A stretch of DNA of 63,946 nt, counting the filler, from Bonamia ostreae (taxonomy: Eukaryota): the NCBI GenBank assembly GCA_040357525.1. It is 9 parts of 9 records of this genome, joined end to end, with 100 filler letters (N's around TTAATTAATTAA, not from the genome) between each part and the next. Parts side by side here need not be neighbours in the genome. Positions count along the whole stretch, not along the records: positions 50,071 to 57,024 come from JBDODL010000102.1; positions 57,125 to 63,946 come from JBDODL010000104.1; 7 more parts are not named here. One strand, written 5' to 3'. The position numbers and the translations under genes were made by a program. Numbering within the stretch: the stretch's first letter is position 1; each line of letters begins with the position of its first letter. Below are positions 51,927 through 62,306 of this stretch, one piece after another. The notes beneath the pieces were generated by a model. The model made no database searches. It was not told the origin of the DNA and was given only the letters and a program-made list of their open reading frames with translations.

Positions 51927-54490
51927 TTAAATATGAGATGTCTTAAAGTTAATTTTGCAGCTTTCTATGAACTTCGTCATCAGCTTTTCTGCTTCTTCGG
52001 TGCTAATTTTATCTTTTCCGAAACGACCGTTATTCAGAGAATGCTGGAGGGCCACTACAGTTTTCTGAATAGTTCGCCCACTAAATCCTTCAGACTTTGC
52101 TGCAAGTCTTTTGCACATTTCCGTTATTTCTTTTTCGCCTCCTTTCAACGTTTTCAGAAGAGTAAATTTGTTTTTCACATTTGGCGATAATCCTTTCTGT
52201 TTTAGTTATTCGATCAAATTATTTTAGCGGTTTCAAATTTTTTATTAAATTTAGCCAAAAGCACTTTAATGTTGTGCAGAAAAATCTGAGTTCGTTCTTT
52301 TAACGCGGGGAATGGAAAATGGATAGATTCGTCTATCCGGTCTAAAATAGCGTCGTCTAAAACAGCCGGCAAGTTGGTTGCAAGAACCAACATAAACTTA
52401 TTCGAAGGAGTACCTGTCCTGTACAAAAACGCCGACAGAACATTTCGCATGTTCTCGCTCATTTTCGATGAAGTGTCCCTGCCCTTCCTCAATATCGAAT
52501 CGGCTTCATCTATGAACAGCAGCGTTCCTCTTTGTTATTTTAATTTGGTTTCAGACTTTTAGAGGATCGGGATTGGAACCCATGCACACACGAATGTGTA
52601 AATTCAGTCTGAACGACTGAACCGCTGTGCAATTTTAATTTTTAAAATTTTCTTTATTAAATAACCAAATTCTGACATTCGAAAATATTTGCGTTGTCAG
52701 CGCAATGTAATAAAAGCAAAAGAATATTAAACAAAATTAAATTTTTCACTTGACATTTTCATTTTGGTTTTGTTGGTTTTTGTTATTATTTTTTTGTGAA
52801 AGTCATTGTTTTTATATATTTTACGTTTCTGTTAAATTGTTTGATCATGTGACATTGATGAAAACTAACCGTTTCGATCTTTCCGCCCAATCGAAAATTT
52901 TGTGCAACTCGGTGACAGCGCTTTTTCCGAGTTGCGAGAAATCGCCGCCAGTCAGAATGGCGTAGTGCATTCCGGAGTTGATGGCGAGACTTTTCGAGAA
53001 AAGCGTTTTGCCCGTCCCGGGCTCGCCGTAGAGCAAGATGTTTTGGAAGGGCGCGTTGTTTCTGTTGGTGTTTAAGGTCACTCTGGACAGCCATTCTAAG
53101 CGATCTCGGACGTCTTTGTTGAGAAAGATTCCGTTGAAAATCGTTTTTGTTTCGTTAAAGTTGCCGCGTGTTGTGAAGAAACCGAATTTTTGGGCGTTTG
53201 TGTAGAACCATTTTCGGCCGTTTTTGAAGTTGAACCTGCGGAAAGGCTCTCTGATGTTTCGGCGGGAAGTTTCCCGCACTAGACTCGGCTTGCCGATCCG
53301 CGTTTCCAAGTATCGCTTGAGCAGGTTTAAGCCATATTTGCTTGCGAAGAAGGAAGAAAAAATGGCGGAAGTCCCCAAAATTAGCGAATTGAGTTTTCGC
53401 GGTTCCGACAGATTTTCGAAGAGTCTGTCTGTGTAAAGAGATAAGAGTTGGTATTTTTTTGTGATGACTTCGAGCATTTCTTCTCTTTTAAGCCGACTTT
53501 TTTCGATTAGTTGGGATTTGTACAAATCCGCGTTTTCTCTTTCTCTTTTCGCTTTTTCCTGTGATCGGGATTTTTCCCGTGCACAAGCTAAGTCGATTTC
53601 GTGCAACGCCCGTTTTTTGAACAATGATTCTTCTTGTTGTATTCTCTGAATAGATCGTTGCATTAAAAAATGACAATATTTTTGGATTTTAAAATGGCGA
53701 TATTTTTGAGTTTAAAATAACAATATTTTTGGATTTTAAAATGGCGATATTTTTGGATTTTAAAATGGCGATATTTTTGGAGTTTAAAATAACAATATTT
53801 TTGGATTTTAAAATGGCGATATTTTTTGATGTTTAAAATGACGATAAATATGTCAATGCAGATAATATTAAATATGGACAAGAGGTTTTCAAAACCAATC
53901 GATCAGTTTTCCTTTGCATTTCCTGCTGCTCTTTAAAGTGATTTCTCTGTTGTGCCATCCATTGTTCATTAGCACTTTGTTTCTGTTTTAACAATTTGGC
54001 CACCCTCTCCTCTTCCAATTCCGATTTCTTTTCGGCGAGTTCCTTCTCCAATTCGGCTTTGTGCGCGTTGCTTTTTCTGACTTCTCTTTGGTAATTTGCC
54101 TTCTCTTTCAATTCGTCTCTTTTCTTGCGAAGTTGGTGATCGAGAATTCTGTTCTGCATCTTCATCTGATTAGTCTTCTCTTGTTCAAACAAAAGTCTGA
54201 GTACTTTTTTTGAGTTGGGAGAGGATTCTATTTTCTTAAGGGCGTCCACCCCTCTTTCGAGAAAAGCCGGGTCGAATCCAGTCAATTTGGTCGTGTCGAC
54301 ATTTTTGGGGTCAAAATGAGTAAAATCGACGTCCGGTTTTTTCTCTTTGTCTGCCGATACAGACCCATTTTTGAAAAAAGATAACATTTTCTAAACGGAA
54401 TAAGATTATAGTCGGAATGCTAAAAGTTTGGCTAAACAATCTGTCAACTTTTATTCTACAAAATTTTATTAAACCAAATTGATCGCTCAT
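51927..54490 (-). CDS. ATAD3: ATAD3-family mitochondrial AAA+ ATPase
   Basis: FDPAFLERG, coiled coil, GKPSLVRETSR, Walker A GEPGTGKT, LFIDEAD, FLYRTG; start approximate. Confidence 0.92.
52550..52633 (-). pseudogene. Degenerate type II tRNA-like element in ATAD3 intron (52530-52869)
   Basis: Minus strand TTGCACAGCGGTTCAGTC (A-box/D-arm-like), CAGACTGAA, perfect ACACA-TTCG-TGTGT hairpin, GGGTTCCAATCCC (B-box/T-arm-like); acceptor and anticodon stems do not close. Confidence 0.5.
53672..53845. repeat. 24-nt tandem repeat (ATATTTTTGGATTTTAAAATGGCG, ~7 copies) in an ATAD3 intron
   Basis: Directly visible; gives the KYRHFKIQ periodicity in the spurious ORF 53663-53881. Confidence 0.88.
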
Positions 54491-54569
54491 GTCACATATT
54501 AATTTTTTATATTTTTGCATTTTTTCAACAAACCGATATCAATAACTCTGAACACTTTAATATTAGAAA

Positions 54570-55195
54570 ATGAGCGCAGATCTCAATAAACTCGCAGAAA
54601 GCGAAAGACTCGATTACTACTTGCTTGGGAACATCGAAGAAGCCAGTTCTTGTCCCAAAAATCTCAACAAGGACGAATGGATTGCAATAAACAGTTATTT
54701 TTGAGATTTGTAGTCGCCTTCTTTTACAACGAAATAAGTGTTCTCTACGCCTCGATCGCCAAACATTGCAACGAAAATAATGAACAATGCGCAAATTCCA
54801 AGTTTTTTTTTTCAGTTTTATGCAAAAAATTTTTGCTTCAATCCAGAAACAAGACGAACGTGTACACAAAAAAACATATCCGAAACAAACTAAACCAAAT
54901 ATCAAACCTTTTCTCAGACCACGCTTTCTTCCCCGTAGACAGATCCGTCCCTCTGCGCGAAGACATCTGTGACATTCTCTCGCAAATTTCACAGGGAATC
55001 CTTAAAATCTTCGAACACATTTACATTGCACATCATCACGAATTCTCTTCTCTCCCGATGCTCAACGCGTTCTTCTTGCATTTTACAGAATTCAATTTCC
55101 AGAACAATGTCCTCGGAGATGTCGACCTTGGTCTGTTGCGCCCTCTTTATCACAAACTTCTCGAATGTAGAGGAAATATTCTTTTGGTCGAGTAA
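54570..55195 (+). CDS. MOB kinase activator-like protein (divergent)
   Basis: CPKNLNKDEWIAIN, intron, IAFFYNEISVLY..C; FFP..P; ILKIFEHIYIAH; LNAFFLHF. Confidence 0.8.
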
Positions 55196-55845
55196 ATTTT
55201 GTTCGATTTCAAAATTATCGATTTCGAAGTTGATTTATTCGAAATATCGATGTCGTTTTTGAATGCAATTTGATTTTATATCCGTCCATTTTGTAATGTT
55301 TCCTCTCTGTTTTTCTCTTCGCCAAACAACACTTTACAGTTATCGGGCCGTCCAGAACGGACTTGTCATTGTCTCGTCTTTGTAACAAAGGAAAAACTGT
55401 TATCGACATTTATCGCTGAAAATCCTTTCATAACAAAGGAAAAATAAACTTAAAATTCATTGTCAGATTTTTCTTCAGAGAAGTTCTTAAGTTACCAAAA
55501 TTTAAAATATTGATATTAAAGTTATTTAAGCGTTATCTAAATCCAATTTAAAATATTATGGCCACAAAAAAAAGAAAATAACGATTATTTTAATTTGATC
55601 TAAATGTGACAATGAAAATTTGAATTTTCTCAGTTTTTAAAAATTGTAAAACATTGAAACACCCGACAATCTAATCGGATGTTACAAAATCGCATTCAAT
55701 TAAAATTTTAACATTCCGCCTTAAACATTTTTTTATTTTTGACAAATTGTAAAACTTCGATTTTTTTCCAAATTAATTTTAAATTTTATGTTGTTAACAA
55801 ATTGCAACAGTCAAAACCTTATGAAATATTTACATCACAATAGAT

Positions 55846-56180
55846 ATGACCGGATGCGCCGCGGCCGCCATTATTCTGAGAATTCGGATATGGAACAACC
55901 AGAATTCGAAGATCGACGCATCCCGATGATTGGCCGTCGCCAGCCAGACGAGCCGGTCCCAATGCCAGGAGATCGGTACTATGGTCCTATATCAATGGTC
56001 CCAATGGGGATGGGCCCGATGCCGGTGAGGCAGAACATGATGAATGTGCCGATGACGATGCCGATGTACGAAACAGGGCCAAATATGATGGGAGGACCGA
56101 ACATGAATGGGATGAATGGGCCGATGTATCAAGGAATGCCATTTTATAACAGTGATTTGAATAGGTACGGACAGTATTGA
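55846..56180 (+). CDS. Short Pro/Met/Gly-rich low-complexity protein exon
   Basis: GC-richer open frame with PM/GP repeats; start uncertain. Confidence 0.5.
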
Positions 56181-56540
56181 ATAGTAAATTTAGTTTAAAA
56201 TTTAAAATTTGCCAAAATTTTTGGGCAGAAAATTTCTTATCGTAAATCTAAAAATATAATCTTTGTTCGAGCAAACTTTAAAAAACGCAAAAATTTAGTC
56301 GAGCAAACTTTACAATTTCAAAAAAGCAAAAATAGACTTAATCGAAAATAAATGCAGCAAAAATTATAAAATTAACAAAATATTTGCTTAAAATTCCGTT
56401 GTTTACAGAAACTGAACGATTTGTAATTAAAAAGAGACCATTAAACATTTTTCATTCGAATGCAAAAATACAAAAATTGAATTAAGAAAAATTGATTTAA
56501 CGAATTCAAAAAAAGTGAAATCTTTTAATTAGCAAGATTG

Positions 56541-56731
56541 TTAATTCCTCGGCGGTTTCATTCCTTTTTTAATTTTTTCTTCATAATTTTTTGCATCTTT
56601 GATAACCCCCAAATGCATTCTCTTCAATGAAATTTTGATAAAACTTTTTGTTCTTTTTTCTGTTTGCCGACAACAAAAACAACAGAACCTATCAAAAAAG
56701 CTATCGAAGCGCAAAGCCGGACATATTTCAT
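56541..56731 (-). CDS. PET117: PET117-like cytochrome c oxidase assembly microprotein (55 aa)
   Basis: Removing intron 56622-56644 gives MKYVRLCASIAFLIGSVVFVVGKQKKEQKRMHLGVIKDAKNYEEKIKKGMKPPRN: TM followed by Q..E...MH.GV.KD. Confidence 0.65.
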
Positions 56732-56783
56732 GCCAATATATTAAGAACTAAATTTTGAATACGAAATATATCAAGCAAATAAA

Positions 56784-57024
56784 ATGATTGCTTTATTACT
56801 AATTTCGGTCGCTGCTATTTTTCTGATTTCTTTTTATTTGCGAAAATATTTCGGTTTGACGATAATCGGAGTTTCGGGTTCTATAGCAACCGGAAAGTCA
56901 ATGGCTTGTAGCCATCTTCTAAAATATGGATCATATGTGATTGACTTTGACAGAATATCGAATAAACTAGTTCGCGTGGGCAATCCAGCTTGGACCGAAA
57001 TTAGACAGGTTCGAATTTTCAAAA
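56784..57024 (+). CDS. Dephospho-CoA kinase, 3'-truncated
   Basis: IIGVSGSIATGKS P-loop, VID.D, V..G.PAW.EI; N-terminal TM. Confidence 0.8.
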
Positions 57025-57124
57025 NNNNNNNNNNNNNNNNNNNNNNNNNNNNNNNNNNNNNNNNNNNNTTAATTAATTAANNNNNNNNNNNNNNNNNNNN
57101 NNNNNNNNNNNNNNNNNNNNNNNN

Positions 57125-57732
57125 CTCCCGGCCTTCGACCCTTTCTTACTTGTGCCACCCACTTTTTCGTACAGAAAATCGATAGTTTGAGTAAGAAACT
57201 TATCAATGTTTTCTCCAGTTTTAGCACTTGTTTCGATAAAGTGCATTTTGTTTGTTTTTGCTTTATTTCTTCCTTCTTCAGTTTCAACTTCTCTCGATTT
57301 GACATCAACTTTATTGCCGATCAGCCAAAGTTCTGGTCTTTTGTCAGTTCCTTTCTTGATTTCTTCTATCCACATTTCGACACTTTCGAACGAGTCTCTT
57401 GCTTTATTGGAGTTTAGACATTGGCCAATTTTTTGCATTTTCAAATTAGCCATTTTGAAAAAACATGTCACATCGTAAACGATAGCAATAATGTTTGATC
57501 CTCTGATGTAACTGCTCACCAGCGATTTAAAGCGCTCTTGGCCAGCTGTGTCCCAGATTTGTAGCAGAAAAGTGTAATCTTCTTTCTGCACTTTTTTAAT
57601 TTGGAAGTCGATTCCCATTGTTGTCTGAACATTATCGACGAATTGGCCAGTTGAAACACGTCTTATAACAGACGTTTTTCCTGCGCCACTTTCGCCTAAA
57701 AATATAATTTTGTACTTTTCTTTCTGGCCCAT
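57125..57732 (-). CDS. Rab GTPase (Rab6-like), 3'-truncated
   Basis: GESGAGKTS, GIDF, WDTAGQERF, SYIR, GNKVD, ETSAKTG; 63-nt in-frame intron. Confidence 0.9.
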
Positions 57733-58046
57733 TAAATATGATTGATTCCTAATTCGACAGAAATTGTATTTTATAATCGTTTACTAAAAAAGTAAGCCTT
57801 ACTTCAAGCTTTAAAATTATTTAGTTTCGATTTTAATGGTTTGTATGTTATGTGTGATTTTTTTTGTAAATTAAATGACTGCAGTTTCCACATTAAATTC
57901 AAATTAAAAAATGATTCCATTTTTTTAAAAATACCAAATCGTTTAAAAATGGTAAAGTTGAGCGTTATTATTAAAATGTTAAATGTAAATTAAAATGCTC
58001 GAAAAAAGAACCGATGTGATCCACAAAAAATTTTATTAAGAATAAA

Positions 58047-58388
58047 ATGAACAGAAGCCAAAATCACTCTGAAACAATTAGAAACACGTTTGAAACAACT
58101 CTTGTGGACACCGACTCTGAAATAAGTTACACTGACAGCGAAAACAATAATGAAACTCTGATCGAAATGAGAGAAAGACGAAACGGCCGTTTGGCGAAAC
58201 AGCGCAAAAGAGTATCAACACATCGTTCAAACAACACCTATTTTGCAGGAAAGAGCGAAAAAGAGATTTTGAGAAAAAAATTTGTCAATTTTTTTTACAA
58301 AAAATTGCCGCAAAGTTCAGAAAGCGAAGAATATTCCGACGAAGAAATTGAGGAAAATGCTTTGTTTAACCGATTTAGATCTTATTAA
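58047..58388 (+). CDS. Small charged hypothetical protein
   Basis: 113-aa ATG-initiated single ORF. Confidence 0.5.
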   Translation: MNRSQNHSETIRNTFETTLVDTDSEISYTDSENNNETLIEMRERRNGRLAKQRKRVSTHRSNNTYFAGKSEKEILRKKFVNFFYKKLPQSSESEEYSDEEIEENALFNRFRSY

Positions 58389-58509
58389 TTTAATAAAATT
58401 GATTTTTGTAAATTTGCTTATCGCTAAATCAAAGACAGAATTTAATATAACATGAAAAAGTTTTTCCTTCTCTCTAAAAATTCCTTTATCTCGTCTTCAA
58501 ATCTTTTAA

Positions 58510-59815
58510 TTACAGAATAAACATGGCTGCATCCGTTTCAATGTCCTCTTCAAAAAAATTGATCTGTTTTAAATCTTCAATCGAGTCAATATCGATTCTA
58601 TATTTTGGTTTGATTTTCATGCAAGCGTTAACCAACGAGGCAAAATCTTTTAATCCTTCTTCTTCTGTGGAAAAAACAAAATCCTTATCTCTTTTAGCTA
58701 TTAAATCCAACGAATTGCCTCTATAAAAATTTCCTTCTCTGTCTATTGGAACCAATGACGTATTTGATGTTTCTCCAAACATACAATATAACATAAAGTT
58801 GGCCAAATTGTACCAATCTGTTTTCTTGTAGATCTTACCATTGGCTTGTTCTGGTGCTTTAATAAACAAATTTTTGCTTAAATCTACAAATTGATCAGAT
58901 CGATTTACATATTCTGAAGATTACTTTAAACCTGTGTAAATAAGTGTTCCGAATGGTTTGAAGTGTTGTGGGTATTTATAACCAATTAAAACGCTATTAT
59001 CAAAATCAACAAGTTTGAGTTTTCCATTTTTGTCAAACATGATATTTTCTAACTTAAGGTCGGCGTAAATAACACCGTGTTTGTGTAAAAATACAAGTAC
59101 TTTTGTTACAGTCTCTGACACAACACCTTTGTTAACAAGTCAAGTTTTTTATTAAAAATCAAACGGGTTGCTTTTAAATCGAGACGTCCTGACTCAATTG
59201 ATTCCAAATAATTGCTTTTTGTAAAACGGCATTTAAACAAATTAGCAAATTTTAAAACTTCAAAAAGCTATTTACGCCATTTTAATAACAAAATCTGAAA
59301 CACTGTTTAAATTTTACAGAGAAAGTCTGAAATAAAAACAATAAATCGCATGGTAAATATTCTTCAATAATAAAAAAATATTTCTCTGTTTGAAAGACGT
59401 GCTCACAATTCACAATGTTTTCATGGAAAGGCAAACGACTTAAAATATTCATTTCATTTATCGCAAAAATGTCACCGAAGCCATTTTTTACTAAACATTT
59501 TATCGCGGAACTTTTTCCTGTGCCCGAATCAACAACTTTAAAATTTCCAAATTTATAAAAGAGATATCAAAATTTATATTCACCTTCGAAAACAACTCCT
59601 CTGTTGCAATTGGCAATAAATTTTTTTATAACAAAGTCTGTAATTAACTTTTGGCAGTGATGTTTATGTCTTGCAAAGCTACATAAAGCGTTTTTCTTTT
59701 GTTGTCGTACAACAGAAATTAGATTTCTGTGCCAATCCTTGTACACTCTGACTCTCAAAGAATAGATATCATCTTCCATGTCCAAATTTTCACATGGCGG
59801 AAAATAAATTGACAT
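58510..59815 (-). CDS. Divergent Ser/Thr protein kinase
   Basis: [41 protein letters not shown]; multi-exon; start uncertain. Confidence 0.8.
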
Positions 59816-60583
59816 TTGAATGTACGCTTTTTTTAGTTTTTTTAAAATTGGTTTTGCGGAAAAATTAAAAATTGGAATTAAAAAACAAAAAAATGAATTT
59901 TTTTTATATTGAATTCAATTTCAAATATTGTTAACAGCAATTTTCGGAGACATCAAAATATTTATTAGCAAAGCCAAAAATAAAGGTGCATTTAGAAATT
60001 GTACCATCGCAGAAGAGTCTCAAAAAACTTAAAGGAGTTTATACTTCAATATTGATAGATTTTTGAAGAAATTTAATTTTTTATTTTGCGAATAAAGTTC
60101 AATGCAAAAATGTCTTTTCATTTCGAAATTTGGAATCTCAATGCAAAAACAAGCCAAAATATAAAAAATGTGGAATGGAGAAAAAATTGTTTGTTACAAT
60201 TGCAAAGAACTCGTAATTAATTATCAAAAATGTAAATAATGACAAACAAAAACAAATTTTCAGATTTAAAATTTTCTTCCGATTTTATTAAAATTTACAA
60301 NNNNNNNNNNNNNNNNNNNNNNNNNNNNNNNNNNNNNNNNNNNNNNNNNNNNNNNNNNNNNNNNNNNNNNNNNNNNNNNNNNNNNNNNNNNNNNNNNNNN
60401 TTAAAATTTACAAAAACAAATTTTCAGATTTAAAATTTTCTTCCGATTTTATTAAAATTTTTTACTCGCAATAGTAAAATTTACAAATTTCACAATGCAA
60501 AAATCCATTTGTTATTTGAGCTTTGAATTTTAAAAACTGTCTATTCCGATTTAAATTTTCCACAAATTTACTCTTTCAAACCA

Positions 60584-61310
60584 CTACACAATTTTGTACT
60601 CTATTTTGCCTCCATCATGCAACTAAAAATGATAAAGTTAACTCTGTACATTAGATTTTTGTCGCTCGGCAACATCAGAACGCGCTTGAGATTGTTGCCA
60701 ATCATCAATTGAGTGCGCATATCTGAACCTGTTTTAGTCCAAACAGACAATCTCAACTCGTCTTCACGACTCGAAATAACAGCGCCGCAAATGTCGTTGT
60801 CGTGGTCGAGCACATTTCCCACCATTCCCATCGTCTAAATATTACAAGATTTACTAGAAATAGCCATATTTCGTCACAGGCGTCTCGTTCAGAACCTCTA
60901 AAAGAGAGCATCCATCTCCCGCCGATTTTGTTCGCATCGTCTTCCCAGGTCGGTTTTATCCCGTCCTTGAACAGATAAAACGACGCAGATGGCTCCATCA
61001 TGCTAATTGGTCTCAAATTGTCGAAAATCTCCCAAAATTCTTCCACCGTTTTGAAGGAGCAAACGTCTTCAAGACTGCGCATCCAATCGTTTTCGCTGAC
61101 ATTCCGAGTTTTTTTGATGCCGGCGGAGTACCATAGAACCCAACTGTCGTTTAAGTCATGTTGTTTGTTTTCGTTTTCTCTTATTTGGGAATTTTCTTTT
61201 ATTGGTTTTTGGCTGTTTTCGATTTTAGGTCGAACTTCGTCTATTTTCAACTTTTCCGTGAATTCTTTTTCAATGCTATTGGTGTTTTTATCAACTTTGG
61301 ATTCAGCCAT
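60584..61310 (-). CDS. EIF4E: Translation initiation factor eIF4E
   Basis: H.L...W.LWY, F.TVEEFW, FKDGIKPTWED, GGRW, ICGAV, LSVWT; 20-nt introns 60835-60854 and 60623-60642. Confidence 0.93.
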
Positions 61311-61521
61311 TTTTAAGCTTTTAATGTTAAAATACGGGTATTCGAAAATTAAATATATTGGATTTATTTTATTTAATTTTAAATGGCGGAAAATATCATC
61401 AGATCTGTTTGAAATAATAATTTTTGTGATAATAAGAATCAGATTTTGTAATAATTGTTTTTTGTGTGAGCAAAGCAACTTTATAAAATATTGATAAAAT
61501 AACTTGACTAAATATTTTCAA

Positions 61522-62163
61522 AATGTCGAAAGAACTTAAAAGGGTTTTAAAATCACATTTAGCTAATTTTTATGGCTAATGGCGAATATCTGTTTGAACA
61601 ACATTGTTACTGCAAAAACATTGTTTTCAAGAAACCAAAAGTTAATTTCATTATTTTAAGACCGTCTTAGCCACTAGAAAATCAAACAGATCTTTCAAAA
61701 GACAGGTAGTCGAAGACTTGAGCGACGAAGAGTTTAATTTCAAAATTTTAAGTCAATTGTTCGAAGAAAAAAGCAGCGGCTACTACTCAAAACACGGATT
61801 ATGTTCAATTTTCAAGTTTTCAGATCAAGGCGATGACATGGACGACGAGGAACGAGAACGAAAACGAAAGTTGATAAGGAAAAGAAAACGGGAACAGCTC
61901 AAAGTCCCAATTTAACAATCCTTATAAAAAAAAGATGGAAGCTATCTCCAATTTGCTTGAAAACAGCCAATTGCAAATCAAAAGAAGAGAGCGCGAGAAA
62001 AAATTAGCAGAAAAACGGTCGAAAGAAGCGCTTATTACAAAAGATGTTTTTTAATTTGAAACTAGAAAATGGTTGGGAAAACTGTTCGTTACGTCAACAA
62101 AACTGTTTTAGTGAATGGGATTAAAACCATATCGAGATCCCTTTCTTATCCGATCAATAAATG
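61522..62163 (+). CDS. Small multi-exon protein, possibly INO80B/Ies2 (PAPA-1 domain)-like
   Basis: Spliced pieces RERKRKLIRKRKREQLK..MEAISNLL..TVRYV..SLSYP resemble the PAPA-1 pattern. Confidence 0.4.
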
Positions 62164-62306
62164 ACATTTTTCAATATGTCTTAATTATATTCGCTCTCCC
62201 ATTTATTTGTTTGATATAAAGCTTAACAAATTAGCCCATTTCAAATCAAAATCTGGCTAAAACAAATTATATATTTACTAAATCTAAAAATCACTAGAAT
62301 TATAAA

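Noticed and set aside
52550-52625. Hammerhead ribozyme (CTGA and GAAA near hairpins)
   Set aside because: Core does not match CUGANGA...GAAA with the required stem arrangement on either strand
7156-57080. Regularly spaced TTAATTAATTAA palindrome as a biological repeat or CRISPR-like array
   Set aside because: Always centred in N-runs, with stops in six frames; an artificial concatenation linker
59930-60007. Signal-peptide-like exon (MVQFLNAPLFLALLINIL) that would make the kinase a secreted effector
   Set aside because: I could not join it in frame to the kinase with a GT-AG intron; needs cDNA
60245-60460. Direct repeat flanking the 100-N gap
   Set aside because: Typical scaffolding overlap or collapsed repeat; cannot be interpreted as a target-site duplication
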